Shown one piece after another: positions 42,174 through 51,532 of a DNA stretch of 64,000 bases. A program made the translations under genes and the position numbers. Origin of the DNA: Oscillospiraceae bacterium (lineage in GTDB: Bacteria; Bacillota; Clostridia; Oscillospirales; CAG-272); contig SVUG01000005.1 in the NCBI GenBank assembly GCA_015063385.1, positions 5,043-69,042 of the forward strand. Direction: 5' to 3'. How positions within the stretch are numbered: position 1 is the stretch's first letter; each line of letters starts with the position of its first letter. The notes below the pieces were generated by a model that did not search any database, was not told the origin of the DNA, and saw nothing but the letters and a program-made list of their open reading frames with translations.

Positions 42174-44816
42174 TTAGCCCTTTGCGGCAAAGTAGGTGTT
42201 ATCAAGATATATCTGTCCTGTGGTTTTTGCATTGAAGCGCAAAAGCATATGAGATGCTGCGGATGCGCCTCTCGTAGTCACGGACGTATGAATGAGAGTG
42301 CCGTTTACGTAATACTTTACAAGGCTGCCGGTTTCAAGTCCCTCGATTTCCATTCTGAAATTATACCACTCGCCCGCAGTTATAGCACCCTCGTAGCTAC
42401 TTCCCTCCTGATTGGCAGTAGGAATGAGCAAGCTGTATCCGTCGTCGGTTGCAATTATATGGAAATGAGCTCCACCCCAGAAAATAGAATCCGAGCTGTT
42501 TTGCGAGAGATAGATAGAAAAAATTTGGTTATCGTTCGGCCTGCTTTCGCTTCCCGAAACGAGCGAGAAGTCGGTTTCAAATACGTACGACGAGCCGCCG
42601 CGCTGCTCGGTATACGGAACGTAAAGATAGGGGTCTGTGCTTGCACCGTTTCTGCCAAGCTCAAGCGCCTTGTCACCGTTGACGTCAACTACCTGGGCGT
42701 AGGAATATCCTACGGTGCTTTCCGGATCGAAGGTTATGCCGCTCGTGCCTATTTTTCCGTCTGCAGCAAGCTGAGTTGCCGTCGTGCCGTCGTATTTTAT
42801 CGCAGAATCCTTGTAATTTCCGCTACCGCGAGCTTCATCATCCGTCTGCGGAGGAGTAACGTCAGAGTCACTGTCTTCGTCATCGCTCATAGCAATCTTG
42901 ATAAAGCGCTCGTAGTCGGTTCTGGTGTAAATCGGGACCATGTCTGCTATTCCAAGGCAGCTGTATATCAAAGAGGTAGTACCCGTCACGCATATAACCG
43001 TTGCGTTTACGTCGCCCTCCTCGGTATTGGGCACTGCAGCAGGAGAGCCCTGCGATTTGTCTGCAGAATACTTGGGGGTATACGAGAACGAGCCGTCGGG
43101 CTTTTTAAAGATAGCAAGCTTTTCCTTTGTTGCCTTAATAAGCTCGGGAGCTCTGTTGTGCAGTTCCTCTCTCATCTCGTCTGAGAAACGTATATCCTGA
43201 ATGTTTCCGGTCGTGCTCAAAATAGAGAAAATATTGCTAATAGAAAACCAGGTGTTATAAATATCAACGCATGCGCCAAGCTCCTCGTCAGAGGTTATTG
43301 CATCTACTGCGGCTCGCATAGCCTTATCTGCATTTGGCATCGCAACCTTAGCTGCCTCGTATACGCAGGATATCTTCATTACGCCGTTTACAGCGTAATA
43401 TCCTGAATAATTCGGATCGTCCTTTGATACGTAATACCAAGTGCCCGTATCCTTGTTCTGTGCGTCGTTGAGGTGCTCAATCATAATATCTATGAGATCG
43501 TAATCAACGCCCTGGCGCTTAAGCTCGTTGTTGCGGGATCTGATAGTGTTGAAGTATGCGGCAAGAGTATTGCCCGCGCTATAAGAGTTATTCTTCACGT
43601 CAAGACGGTTGAGATAGTTCTTGAAGCTGACGTCATCAACGAGATTTGGATCGGTGGTAGATGCTGCCGAAACAACCGACGATGCTCCCGTGGCATAAGC
43701 AGTGGACAAGCGAGAGGTGAGTGCAACACTTGACGCGACGGCGCCACTACCCTTTGTACCGTTGGGGGTATCGTAAATAGGAGTTAAGCCAAGGTTTTTA
43801 AGTATGTTCTCCGACCACATAAGGTCGCGGCTCTTTCTGCCTAAAAAGACGTTCTTTCCCCATAGCGGGTGATAGAAATAGCCGTCGGGGTCCTGAATTG
43901 CAAGAACGTATCTGCCTATTCCGTCGAGCATTTCCTTCGGGAGCGTCTTGGCATAATTGTTAGTCATACCTGCTTTTTCAAGGAAACTGAGCGTCTGATT
44001 CGTGCTCTCAACGTCGGGTAAATATCCCTCGTTATCCCTTGCGCTGTTGGAGTAATAGAAGCCACTGGTGCCGCAGGTCTTACCGCCTATGCACACGTCG
44101 CCCGAGCACTGACAAATTGACGGCTCGTAAAGCCCCGCCAGCCAATCAACAGTGTCATCTCCATACAGCGTATACAAATCCTTCAGTGCAGCGGCGATCT
44201 TTTCACCGTTTCCCGTCAGCGTAGAAATTATCTGCCACTTGACGTTTAGCTGCGCCTCGTCCTCGGCCTCCTTAAAGGCGGTAATGCTTACCACGTCGGA
44301 TGAAACGACGCCGGGGTCAAGAATAAGGGTATCCTTCACCAAATTTTTGATAAAATAATCTATCGCAGAGCGAAGCGCTATATCCTCTTCGTTCTCATCA
44401 TATGCAACAGCCACGGATTTTCCGTCGGTGTATATCAGCCAACGCGCGCAGTCATCGGGGTTGTTTTTCATTTCATCGGTCAGCGAAACGTCCGAAAGCT
44501 TCTCATAAGCAGTCTTGGATACTGCTCTCTCAGATATTCCTATAACTACCTCATTCTCATAAGGAGCTCCGCTTTCAGAGGCAATTTTAAGGTGTGTTTT
44601 AAGCGCGAGAGCATTTGAAAGAGAGGAGGTATAATCGAGATTTCCGACAGATAAAAATCCCAGAGTCGATCCCTTAGAGTATATCGCCCCCTCAACTATA
44701 TCCGTAGGTTCTTTTCCGCCTTCGTTTTGAGTAGCATCTCCGAAAATAATCGAGCAGGATGCCATAGACGATACCGTCAAAACCAATACCAGAATTAAAG
44801 ATATAACTCTTTTCAT
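42174..44816 (-). CDS. surface lipoprotein paralog: N-domain + toroid-like domain + one LamG-like module
   Basis: The track ORF is 42174..44858. Start set at ATG 44816 (GGAGA 7 nt upstream). Signal MKRVISLILVLVLTVSSMASC. Colinear with the first roughly 1100 aa of the 2180-aa protein minus its first LamG-like module. Confidence 0.85.
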   Translation of the reverse strand: MKRVISLILVLVLTVSSMASCSIIFGDATQNEGGKEPTDIVEGAIYSKGSTLGFLSVGNLDYTSSLSNALALKTHLKIASESGAPYENEVVIGISERAVSKTAYEKLSDVSLTDEMKNNPDDCARWLIYTDGKSVAVAYDENEEDIALRSAIDYFIKNLVKDTLILDPGVVSSDVVSITAFKEAEDEAQLNVKWQIISTLTGNGEKIAAALKDLYTLYGDDTVDWLAGLYEPSICQCSGDVCIGGKTCGTSGFYYSNSARDNEGYLPDVESTNQTLSFLEKAGMTNNYAKTLPKEMLDGIGRYVLAIQDPDGYFYHPLWGKNVFLGRKSRDLMWSENILKNLGLTPIYDTPNGTKGSGAVASSVALTSRLSTAYATGASSVVSAASTTDPNLVDDVSFKNYLNRLDVKNNSYSAGNTLAAYFNTIRSRNNELKRQGVDYDLIDIMIEHLNDAQNKDTGTWYYVSKDDPNYSGYYAVNGVMKISCVYEAAKVAMPNADKAMRAAVDAITSDEELGACVDIYNTWFSISNIFSILSTTGNIQDIRFSDEMREELHNRAPELIKATKEKLAIFKKPDGSFSYTPKYSADKSQGSPAAVPNTEEGDVNATVICVTGTTSLIYSCLGIADMVPIYTRTDYERFIKIAMSDDEDSDSDVTPPQTDDEARGSGNYKDSAIKYDGTTATQLAADGKIGTSGITFDPESTVGYSYAQVVDVNGDKALELGRNGASTDPYLYVPYTEQRGGSSYVFETDFSLVSGSESRPNDNQIFSIYLSQNSSDSIFWGGAHFHIIATDDGYSLLIPTANQEGSSYEGAITAGEWYNFRMEIEGLETGSLVKYYVNGTLIHTSVTTRGASAASHMLLRFNAKTTGQIYLDNTYFAAKG

Positions 44817-44927
44817 TTTACAATCTCCTTCTATCAACGGCAGCGATTCAAAGCTCAACTATTAATAATCGATGCCGATGCAAAATCTCGTTTTAAAATT
44901 ATCCTTTTAAAAGGTTAATTCACCCTA

Positions 44928-44956
44928 ATTATACAATAAAAAAGATCAGAGTGTTA
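44928..44956 (-). promoter_or_regulatory. promoter of the 894-aa/GH2 operon (weak -35)
   Basis: Minus-strand TAACAC (44956..44951), 17 nt spacer, TATAAT (44933..44928). Confidence 0.5.
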
Positions 44957-44974
44957 TAAGAAAATATCAAAAAA

Positions 44975-44992
44975 ACTTGTAATTTTCATAGA
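44975..44992 (-). promoter_or_regulatory. conserved 18-mer TCTATGAAAATTACAAGT (candidate AraC-regulator site)
   Basis: Lies 18 nt upstream of the TAACAC box. 16/18 identical to 38956..38973. Confidence 0.5.
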
Positions 44993-45051
44993 AAAGAGGA
45001 AAAATATAAAAAACAAAGTACAAATTTTGTGTATTTTCTACACATATACGT

Positions 45052-45087
45052 AAAAAACAGCGCGGGGCGCTTTTGGGCCCTGCGCTG
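45052..45087 (-). terminator. rho-independent terminator of the amino-acid ABC operon
   Basis: 11-bp GC-rich stem CAGCGCGGGGC / GCCCTGCGCTG (one G-U pair), followed on the minus strand by U6. Confidence 0.75.
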
Positions 45088-45094
45088 TCGTTTT

Positions 45095-45880
45095 TTAGAT
45101 TCCGTCCTTTTTGATAAGTGAAAGGAAGGATTTAATTTTTTCGCTTTTTGGATTTACGAGCAGCTCGTCGGGTGTTCCCATCTCCTCGATGACTCCGTCA
45201 GAGACGAACATCACCTTATCGGAAACACTGCGCGCAAAATCCATCTCGTGAGTGACGATTATCATAGTTCTGTCAGAGTCCTTTAAGGACTTGATAACCT
45301 TAAGCACCTCTCCCGTAAGCTCGGGGTCGAGCGCGGAGGTGGGCTCGTCAAAGCAGAGTATCTCTGGCGACATCATAAGCGCTCTGGCAATAGCAACGCG
45401 CTGCTGCTGTCCACCTGAAAGCTGGCAGGGATAGGAGCTTTCCTTGTCTGAAAGTCCTGTTATTTTCAGCATTTCCCTTGCCTGCTCTTCGATTTGACTG
45501 ATAATTTCCTTCTTTTCCTGCTTGTAATTCGGACGCTTTTTCGCCGCGAGCTTCGGAGCAAGCGTCAGATTATCCATAACGCTGTACTGCGGAAAAAGAT
45601 TAAACTGCTGGAACACCAGTCCCATATATTCACCGCTGTTCTGCGGCACGCACGCCTTGCCGTCAGCATCTATATGGAACACCGACTCACCGTCGACGAT
45701 TATTTCACCCTCGTCGGCAATCTCAAGAAAATTAAGGCAGCGCAAAAGCGTCGTTTTTCCACCTCCCGACGAGCCGATTATCGAGAGCACCTCGCCGCGC
45801 TCAAGACTGAAGCTGATGCCCTTTAAAACGGTGTTAGCACCAAAGGATTTTTTCAGATTTTTTACTTCAAGCACCGCCAT
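45095..45880 (-). CDS. amino-acid ABC transporter ATP-binding protein (GlnQ-like)
   Basis: Motifs [24 protein letters not shown] and [12 protein letters not shown]. Start set at ATG 45880 ([13 protein letters not shown]). Confidence 0.9.
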   Translation of the reverse strand: MAVLEVKNLKKSFGANTVLKGISFSLERGEVLSIIGSSGGGKTTLLRCLNFLEIADEGEIIVDGESVFHIDADGKACVPQNSGEYMGLVFQQFNLFPQYSVMDNLTLAPKLAAKKRPNYKQEKKEIISQIEEQAREMLKITGLSDKESSYPCQLSGGQQQRVAIARALMMSPEILCFDEPTSALDPELTGEVLKVIKSLKDSDRTMIIVTHEMDFARSVSDKVMFVSDGVIEEMGTPDELLVNPKSEKIKSFLSLIKKDGI

Positions 45881-45884
45881 GTTA

Positions 45885-46532
45885 TCACCCCTTATAATAA
45901 TCCAGCTTTTTCTCAAGCTTGCCGAGCAGAATGGTCAGCAGACCGTTGAAAATCAGGAAGAATGCGCCCGTGTAGAACAGAGGCCAAATAAGACCGACCG
46001 CCGAGTATTCGGTGGCGCTCATAATTATCTCGGAAACGGCGATAACCCTGGCAAGAGAGGTATCCTTTACCAAGGTAATAATCTCGTTGCCCATAGGCGG
46101 AACTATGCGCTTTATCACCTGCATGAGCGTTATTCTGAAGAAAATCTCGCTCTTGGTCATTCCAAGAACGCGCCCCGCCTCGTACTGTCCGACGGGAATG
46201 CTCAATATTCCGCCCCTGAATATCTCGGCAAAGTAGCAGGCGTAATTTATCACGAATGCAAGCAGCGCCGCCATAAATCTGTTTCGCATGGGTATATCGA
46301 AAACTATACCCGGAACGTAGAACACGACGAAAAGCTGTAGCATCAGAGGCGTGCCGCGAACTATCCATACGATAATCTCAAAAAGAATCTTTAGCGGCTT
46401 GAACTTTGAAAGCAAAAATATCGCTATAATCAAGCCGAGGGGAATTGAAAAAAGCAGGGTTGCGAAGAACAGCTTCATGTTCTCCGCAAACCCAAGCAGT
46501 AAATTCCCCGTCACACCGAAGAATTGTTCCAT
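45885..46532 (-). CDS. amino-acid ABC transporter permease (His/Glu/Gln/Arg/opine family)
   Basis: 215 aa, about 5 TM segments, EAA-like loop YEAGRVLGMTKSEIFFRITL. Confidence 0.9.
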   Translation of the reverse strand: MEQFFGVTGNLLLGFAENMKLFFATLLFSIPLGLIIAIFLLSKFKPLKILFEIIVWIVRGTPLMLQLFVVFYVPGIVFDIPMRNRFMAALLAFVINYACYFAEIFRGGILSIPVGQYEAGRVLGMTKSEIFFRITLMQVIKRIVPPMGNEIITLVKDTSLARVIAVSEIIMSATEYSAVGLIWPLFYTGAFFLIFNGLLTILLGKLEKKLDYYKG

Positions 46533-46535
46533 ATA

Positions 46536-47333
46536 TTATTTCTTTCCTATGAGAAGATAGTCCTCGAGATTGTACTTTTCTGCAATAGCGTAAAGAGTGC
46601 CGTCCTCGGCAAGCTTTGCAATAGCGTCGTTAACCTTTTTAACAAGCTCTGCATCAGCCTCGCCCTTTCTGAAGGCGATGCCGTACTGCTCCTCCTCGCC
46701 AAAGGAGAGAGACTCTACGACCACGAGATTTTCATAGTCCGTGCCCTCGCCTATAGAGCCGAGCGCCGTCACGTAGTCGATAACGCAAGCGTCAGACGTG
46801 CCCGAGCTTACCTCCATAAGCGCGGTAGCCATCTTGTCAACGCCCGTGTAGGTTGCCTTCTTAAGATACTCGTCGGTCTGCGCTGCGGTCTCGCCAGCAG
46901 ATTTCTTCTCTGCTACGAGAGTCTTGCCCGTAAGGTCGCTATCTGCTGTGTACTGCGCAAGATTCTCCGCCTTTACGACGAGAACCTGCTTGTTCTTCAT
47001 ATAAGGAGTAGAAATAGCCATATTCTCTGCTCTTTCCGTAGTAATGGTCATACCGTTCCAGATGCAGTCAATGGTCTTTCCGTTAAGCTCGGTTTCCTTA
47101 GCCTCCCAGTCGATTTCCTGGAATTTGGGCTTCATGCCGATTTCCTTGCAAACCGCCTCGGCAAACTCGGTCTCAAAGCCGATAAGCTTACCGTCTTTAT
47201 CCTTATAATTCATAGGCGCAAAATAGGTAATTCCTATCACAAGCTCCTCCTCAGAGCTCTTGCAGGACGCAAGAGAGCATGCACAAAGCATGAGCGTGAC
47301 AATGGTGAGAATAAGTGCAACTAGTTTTTTCAT
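46536..47333 (-). CDS. amino-acid ABC transporter substrate-binding lipoprotein (family 3)
   Basis: Start at ATG 47333 (GGAGGAA 6 nt upstream). Signal MKKLVALILTIVTLMLCAC. Motif CIWNGMTIT, typical of polar amino-acid binding proteins. Confidence 0.9.
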   Translation of the reverse strand: MKKLVALILTIVTLMLCACSLASCKSSEEELVIGITYFAPMNYKDKDGKLIGFETEFAEAVCKEIGMKPKFQEIDWEAKETELNGKTIDCIWNGMTITTERAENMAISTPYMKNKQVLVVKAENLAQYTADSDLTGKTLVAEKKSAGETAAQTDEYLKKATYTGVDKMATALMEVSSGTSDACVIDYVTALGSIGEGTDYENLVVVESLSFGEEEQYGIAFRKGEADAELVKKVNDAIAKLAEDGTLYAIAEKYNLEDYLLIGKK

Positions 47334-47370
47334 AGACGTTTCCTCCACTTTACTAAACTAAAGTGACACC

Positions 47371-47399
47371 ATTATATCACCATTCCCTAAGTTTGTCAA
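47371..47399 (-). promoter_or_regulatory. consensus sigma-A promoter of the amino-acid ABC operon
   Basis: Minus-strand TTGACA (47399..47394), 17 nt spacer, TATAAT (47376..47371). Confidence 0.65.
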
Positions 47400-47515
47400 T
47401 AGTTTTTTTAGAGAAATACAAAAAATGCAAAAAAACTCCGTAAAGTCTATCGCTTAAAAACCGCTCACAAGCGCAAATATGCGCTTATTTTGTAATTATT
47501 TGTTTACAAAAAGAC

Positions 47516-47545
47516 AAAAACAGAGGGTTTTGCCCTCTGTTTTTT
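47516..47545 (-). terminator. rho-independent terminator after the M20 peptidase gene
   Basis: CAGAGGG-TTTTG-CCCTCTG flanked by A5 and T6 runs. Confidence 0.75.
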
Positions 47546-47548
47546 CGG

Positions 47549-48922
47549 TTATATTTTTTTGATAAAATCCTTATAGAAAAGAACGCACTCGCCGACGTTG
47601 TCAATTCCTATGTTCTCGTTTGCGTTATGAATTGTAGCAAACTGCGCTTTCGAGAGGTCGATAGGAGCAAATCGCAATATGCAGTCGGCAACGTCAGTCA
47701 AACGGCGAGCGTCCGTACCTGCGGTAAGAAGAAATGGAGCAACGCACACGTCGGGAAAGTTCGCATTAAGTACTGCCTCGACCGTCTTGAATCCCTTGGA
47801 ATCGTAGCTCGTCGGACGGCAGTAGTCGCGTTCGATTTCCTCTATCTCGACACCGTACTTTTCACCGATTTTCTTAATTTTCTCAAGTCCCTCGTACAAA
47901 TCCTCCTCGCGCACGCAGCGCAGGAACATGATTGCCTCGGCGCTCTTTGCCCTGAATTTCGGCTCGCTTACATCGCCTGCGAATACGGTCTGGAAGCTCA
48001 CGCTCGTCGATAACATAGCACTCGCGGCAGGAATACCCATCATTATTTTTTTAATAAGAGGTGAGAAAAGTCCGATGTTTCCAAAGAGAATATTCATTGG
48101 GAAGAACATATACGGCACGTGGCGCGTAAAGGTCGCCTTTACCTCGGGGTAGAAGCGCCCCTTATATATTTTTGCGCTCTGCACCTCGGCAATAAACCTG
48201 CTGATATTCACCGCGGCACTGTCTGCCGCCTTGCCAAAACCGCCGTGACCTAGCTGCTCGGAGCTTACGGTGCATTTATAGTAGTGGCGGCTCTTTTCGT
48301 GCACTGCAACCACGGCACTCTTGCACTTGACACCGGGAATCTGTCCCTCGGTTATTGCGCCGCCCTCATCGAGCACAACGTCAAAATGAATTCCGTTTTC
48401 CTTAAAATATTCGGTGGCAAGCACCATTCCGTCTCCCGAGACCTCCTCGTTATCCGACGAGCCGATATAGAGGTTTACTCCCTCAAAATCATAGCCCTCG
48501 CGAAGAAGCTCCTCGACTGCCATAAGCTCGGCAAAAAGCGGAGTCTTTGTGTCTATAGTACCTCTGCCGTAGAGATTTCCCTCACGGGCGGTGGCGGTGA
48601 ATGCGTCGCTCTCCCAGCCCTCTCCCGCCTCAACGACGTCGTGGTGGGACATAAGCATAATATTTTTAGTAGCGTTCTTACCCTCGATAACGTAAACGAA
48701 GCAACCCGTACCAAAGGTCAGGCGCTTGGCGGATTTCGTAATGTTTGGGAACGCATTTTCTATCAGGGTGTAGAATTTTTCGTATTCAGCCGAGTTTTGA
48801 CCGTCGCGGGTATAAACCGTCCTGCAGTTTACCATTTCGGAGAGAATTTTTATATACTCGTCGCGCTTCTCTGCCGACACCCTCTTGCGCTCGGTTATGG
48901 GCAAAAGACGTCTTTTTTTCAT
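47549..48922 (-). CDS. M20/M25/M40-family metallohydrolase (peptidase or deacylase)
   Basis: 457 aa. Motifs LMSHHDVV, GRGTIDTK and SDNEE. Confidence 0.85.
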   Translation of the reverse strand: MKKRRLLPITERKRVSAEKRDEYIKILSEMVNCRTVYTRDGQNSAEYEKFYTLIENAFPNITKSAKRLTFGTGCFVYVIEGKNATKNIMLMSHHDVVEAGEGWESDAFTATAREGNLYGRGTIDTKTPLFAELMAVEELLREGYDFEGVNLYIGSSDNEEVSGDGMVLATEYFKENGIHFDVVLDEGGAITEGQIPGVKCKSAVVAVHEKSRHYYKCTVSSEQLGHGGFGKAADSAAVNISRFIAEVQSAKIYKGRFYPEVKATFTRHVPYMFFPMNILFGNIGLFSPLIKKIMMGIPAASAMLSTSVSFQTVFAGDVSEPKFRAKSAEAIMFLRCVREEDLYEGLEKIKKIGEKYGVEIEEIERDYCRPTSYDSKGFKTVEAVLNANFPDVCVAPFLLTAGTDARRLTDVADCILRFAPIDLSKAQFATIHNANENIGIDNVGECVLFYKDFIKKI

Positions 48923-50313
48923 TATTTTGACTCTTTTCTGTGTTTATTTATAAATTCGGTCACACTCTTTTCATCATAAAGAATGAAGAATATGAGCGAT
49001 ACTAGGCTGAACACACCTGCAAACACGCCCGTCAGCTTTACGCCAAGCATACCGACCGACTCTCCTTGGGGCGCACCGATTGCAAGCACGCTGGATACCA
49101 CTACCATAGCAAGCGAGTATGCGATTTTCTCAATAAAGGTCTTGGTTGCCGAGAAGAAGCCCTCGCGGTTTACACCGTGCTCGATGCTGTCCTTCTGAAT
49201 AATATCCGACATACAGGACTGAGGCAAAATGTTGATTGCGGCAAACGGGAATGATACCACGACACCCATAAATAGACCAAGGAAGAGCTCGTTGCCGGGA
49301 ACGAGTGCCGCCAGCTTATCACCGAAGAAGATAAATGCAAATACCACGGTAAACACCACACTGGCGATTACGAGCATAGTCTTTTTGCCGTGAATTTTAC
49401 TGAGCTTGACTATCATCGGGAACAGGCAGAGCGCAACGCCGATTGCAGAAAGCATTACGAGGAACGACTGCGACTCGGGCACGTTAAGAAGCATAGTGAT
49501 ATAGTAAAGCATCGCAGTCTGGAAGAACGCCATGGAAATATAGCTGAAGAGGTCTCCTGCGAAGAAGAGAACGAAGCTCTTGTTTTTGAATATCGTCTTA
49601 ACCGACTTGATAAGCGAGCCATCAGGCTTCTTGTTCTCGGTGACGTAGTCCTTCTCCTTGAACGCGGTTGCGCCAAGCAGCACGCAGGTAAGACCGATTA
49701 TAGCAAAAATCGTGAAAACTATTCTCCAGGACCAGAGTGCGCTGACACCAAAGCCCTTGATTATATTGACGAACAGAGTTGCGGCGTACATAAACGAGCT
49801 TGAACCCATAAAGAACGCCGTGCTGATGCCGTAGTAGCCTACGCGGTCCTTGGCATCGGGAATAACCTCGGGAATAAGCGCGTTTCTCGGAATGAAGAAG
49901 AAGGTGTACGAGGTGTAATATGCAATAAGGAAGAAGCCAACCCATATTGCGTTGCCAACCGAGCCCTGCTTAAAGGGCGCCATGAATATCATAAGGCAGG
50001 AAATAGCGTATGGAGCTGCGGCGTATTTCAAGAACGGCATTCTTCTGCCATCCTTATGAGTGCATCTGTCGGAAAGGCCTGCTACCCACGGGTCGGTTAT
50101 TGCATCAATAACCTTGCCGATTCCCGTAAGAAGTGCCATAATAGTAATAAAGCCGAGCAGCTTATTTTCGGGAAGAAGGCTGGGAATACCGCTTTTTACG
50201 GTAGGCTGGAAGAAATAAAGCAGATAGTTTCCTATCATGCCGTTGAAAAGTCCCTTCGCTATATCCGAAAGGCAGTAGCGCACCATTTTGCGCTTTGGAA
50301 GTGCTTTAGTCAT
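48922..50313 (-). CDS. GPH-family (glycoside-pentoside-hexuronide) cation symporter
   Basis: 463 aa, 12 TM segments. The N-terminal YCLSDIAKGLFNGMIGNYLLYFF pattern fits MelB/UidB-type MFS transporters. Confidence 0.8.
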   Translation of the reverse strand: MTKALPKRKMVRYCLSDIAKGLFNGMIGNYLLYFFQPTVKSGIPSLLPENKLLGFITIMALLTGIGKVIDAITDPWVAGLSDRCTHKDGRRMPFLKYAAAPYAISCLMIFMAPFKQGSVGNAIWVGFFLIAYYTSYTFFFIPRNALIPEVIPDAKDRVGYYGISTAFFMGSSSFMYAATLFVNIIKGFGVSALWSWRIVFTIFAIIGLTCVLLGATAFKEKDYVTENKKPDGSLIKSVKTIFKNKSFVLFFAGDLFSYISMAFFQTAMLYYITMLLNVPESQSFLVMLSAIGVALCLFPMIVKLSKIHGKKTMLVIASVVFTVVFAFIFFGDKLAALVPGNELFLGLFMGVVVSFPFAAINILPQSCMSDIIQKDSIEHGVNREGFFSATKTFIEKIAYSLAMVVVSSVLAIGAPQGESVGMLGVKLTGVFAGVFSLVSLIFFILYDEKSVTEFINKHRKESK

Positions 50314-50335
50314 TTTTTTGCTCCTGTTTTTCTGA

Positions 50336-51415
50336 TTAGCTTATATCCGACTCAGTTAGTCCGCAGGCGCGGAGAACGCGCTCCTTGATTTCGCCCTCGC
50401 TCAGCTCGCCGACGGGAGCGGAAAATTCCTTTATAAGCTCTCCGCGGTCGTCGATAACAGACGCCTTGATAGCGGAATCCTTTTCGATTCTCAAGTAATA
50501 CTTGCGAACGGTGGTCATAATCGCGGTGAATTTGCCCTCAAGCGTGAATTGCTCGTGTCCTGCGGGGACGAACAGGCTCTCACCCTTGCATATACAAACT
50601 CCGCCGATTTTTCCCTCTCCGTCAAGACAGGTAAAGTGGCGGAACGATGCTGCATCCTTTTCAAATTTAGTCTCTGCGTCAATCTCGACGAGCGTTGCGG
50701 TGAAGAATCGGCTGATTCCCTTTAACACGCCCTCTACAGTCCTGACGTTAAGCTCCTTGGGCTCAATAGGGTATGTATTGGTGACGGCAAGCGCCTTTTC
50801 GATATGCAGCTCGCGCTCGTTTCCGTCCTTATCGCGTCTGCCGTAGTCGTATACGCGGTAGGTGATATTACTGTTCTGCTGAATCTCGCAGATAAGGCAG
50901 CCCGAGCATATCGCGTGAATAGTGCCTGCAGGGATAAAATAGCTCTCTCCCGGCTTTACGGGAATAAACTTAAGATATTCGGTGAGCGTTTTCTCCTTGA
51001 TTGCACGCTCGAACGTCTCGCGGCTGATATTCTCCTTAAATCCGAGATATATACCTGCTCCCTCGTCAGCGTCTGCTATGTACCACATTTCAGTCTTTCC
51101 AAGGCTGTTCTCGTGCTTAAGCGCGTATTCGTCAGCAGGATGCACCTGAACCGACAATTTATCCTGCGCGTCGATGAATTTTACGAGCACGGGAAAGAAA
51201 TCGAAGCCCTTGCAGTTCTCGCCCAGGTCTGCATCAGTTGCCGCTGCCGAGAGAGGAGTGCCGTCGGGGAGAGTACACTCGCCTGCCTTGTGGAATGATA
51301 GCTCCCAGGTTTCTGCAAGTGGGGAGAGGTCGGTTTTCTTGCCGTAATTCGTCTTTAACTTATTTCCGCCCCAGATAATACTCTTATAGGCAGGAGTCAG
51401 CTTTACTATGTTCAT
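50336..51415 (-). CDS. manA: class I mannose-6-phosphate isomerase
   Basis: Motifs YKSIIWGG, AETWELSFH and LSVQVHPAD; cupin fold. 359 aa with a C-terminal extension. Confidence 0.8.
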   Translation of the reverse strand: MNIVKLTPAYKSIIWGGNKLKTNYGKKTDLSPLAETWELSFHKAGECTLPDGTPLSAAATDADLGENCKGFDFFPVLVKFIDAQDKLSVQVHPADEYALKHENSLGKTEMWYIADADEGAGIYLGFKENISRETFERAIKEKTLTEYLKFIPVKPGESYFIPAGTIHAICSGCLICEIQQNSNITYRVYDYGRRDKDGNERELHIEKALAVTNTYPIEPKELNVRTVEGVLKGISRFFTATLVEIDAETKFEKDAASFRHFTCLDGEGKIGGVCICKGESLFVPAGHEQFTLEGKFTAIMTTVRKYYLRIEKDSAIKASVIDDRGELIKEFSAPVGELSEGEIKERVLRACGLTESDIS

Positions 51416-51449
51416 AAGAAAATTCCTTTATTTTTGTCATTTTATTTTA

Positions 51450-51477
51450 ATTATAGCACACTTTTATCTTTTTGCAA
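51450..51477 (-). promoter_or_regulatory. sigma-A promoter of the manA/GPH/M20 operon
   Basis: Minus-strand TTGCAA, 16 nt spacer, TGcTATAAT (extended -10). Confidence 0.6.
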
Positions 51478-51486
51478 GTTTTCCGC

Positions 51487-51520
51487 AAAAAAATACACGG
51501 CGGTGTGATTTCACACCGCC
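51487..51520 (-). terminator. rho-independent terminator after the ROK-like kinase gene
   Basis: GGCGGTGTG-ATTT-CACACCGCC. On the minus-strand RNA it is followed, after 5 nt, by U7. Confidence 0.65.
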
Positions 51521-51532
51521 ATTATACGTATT

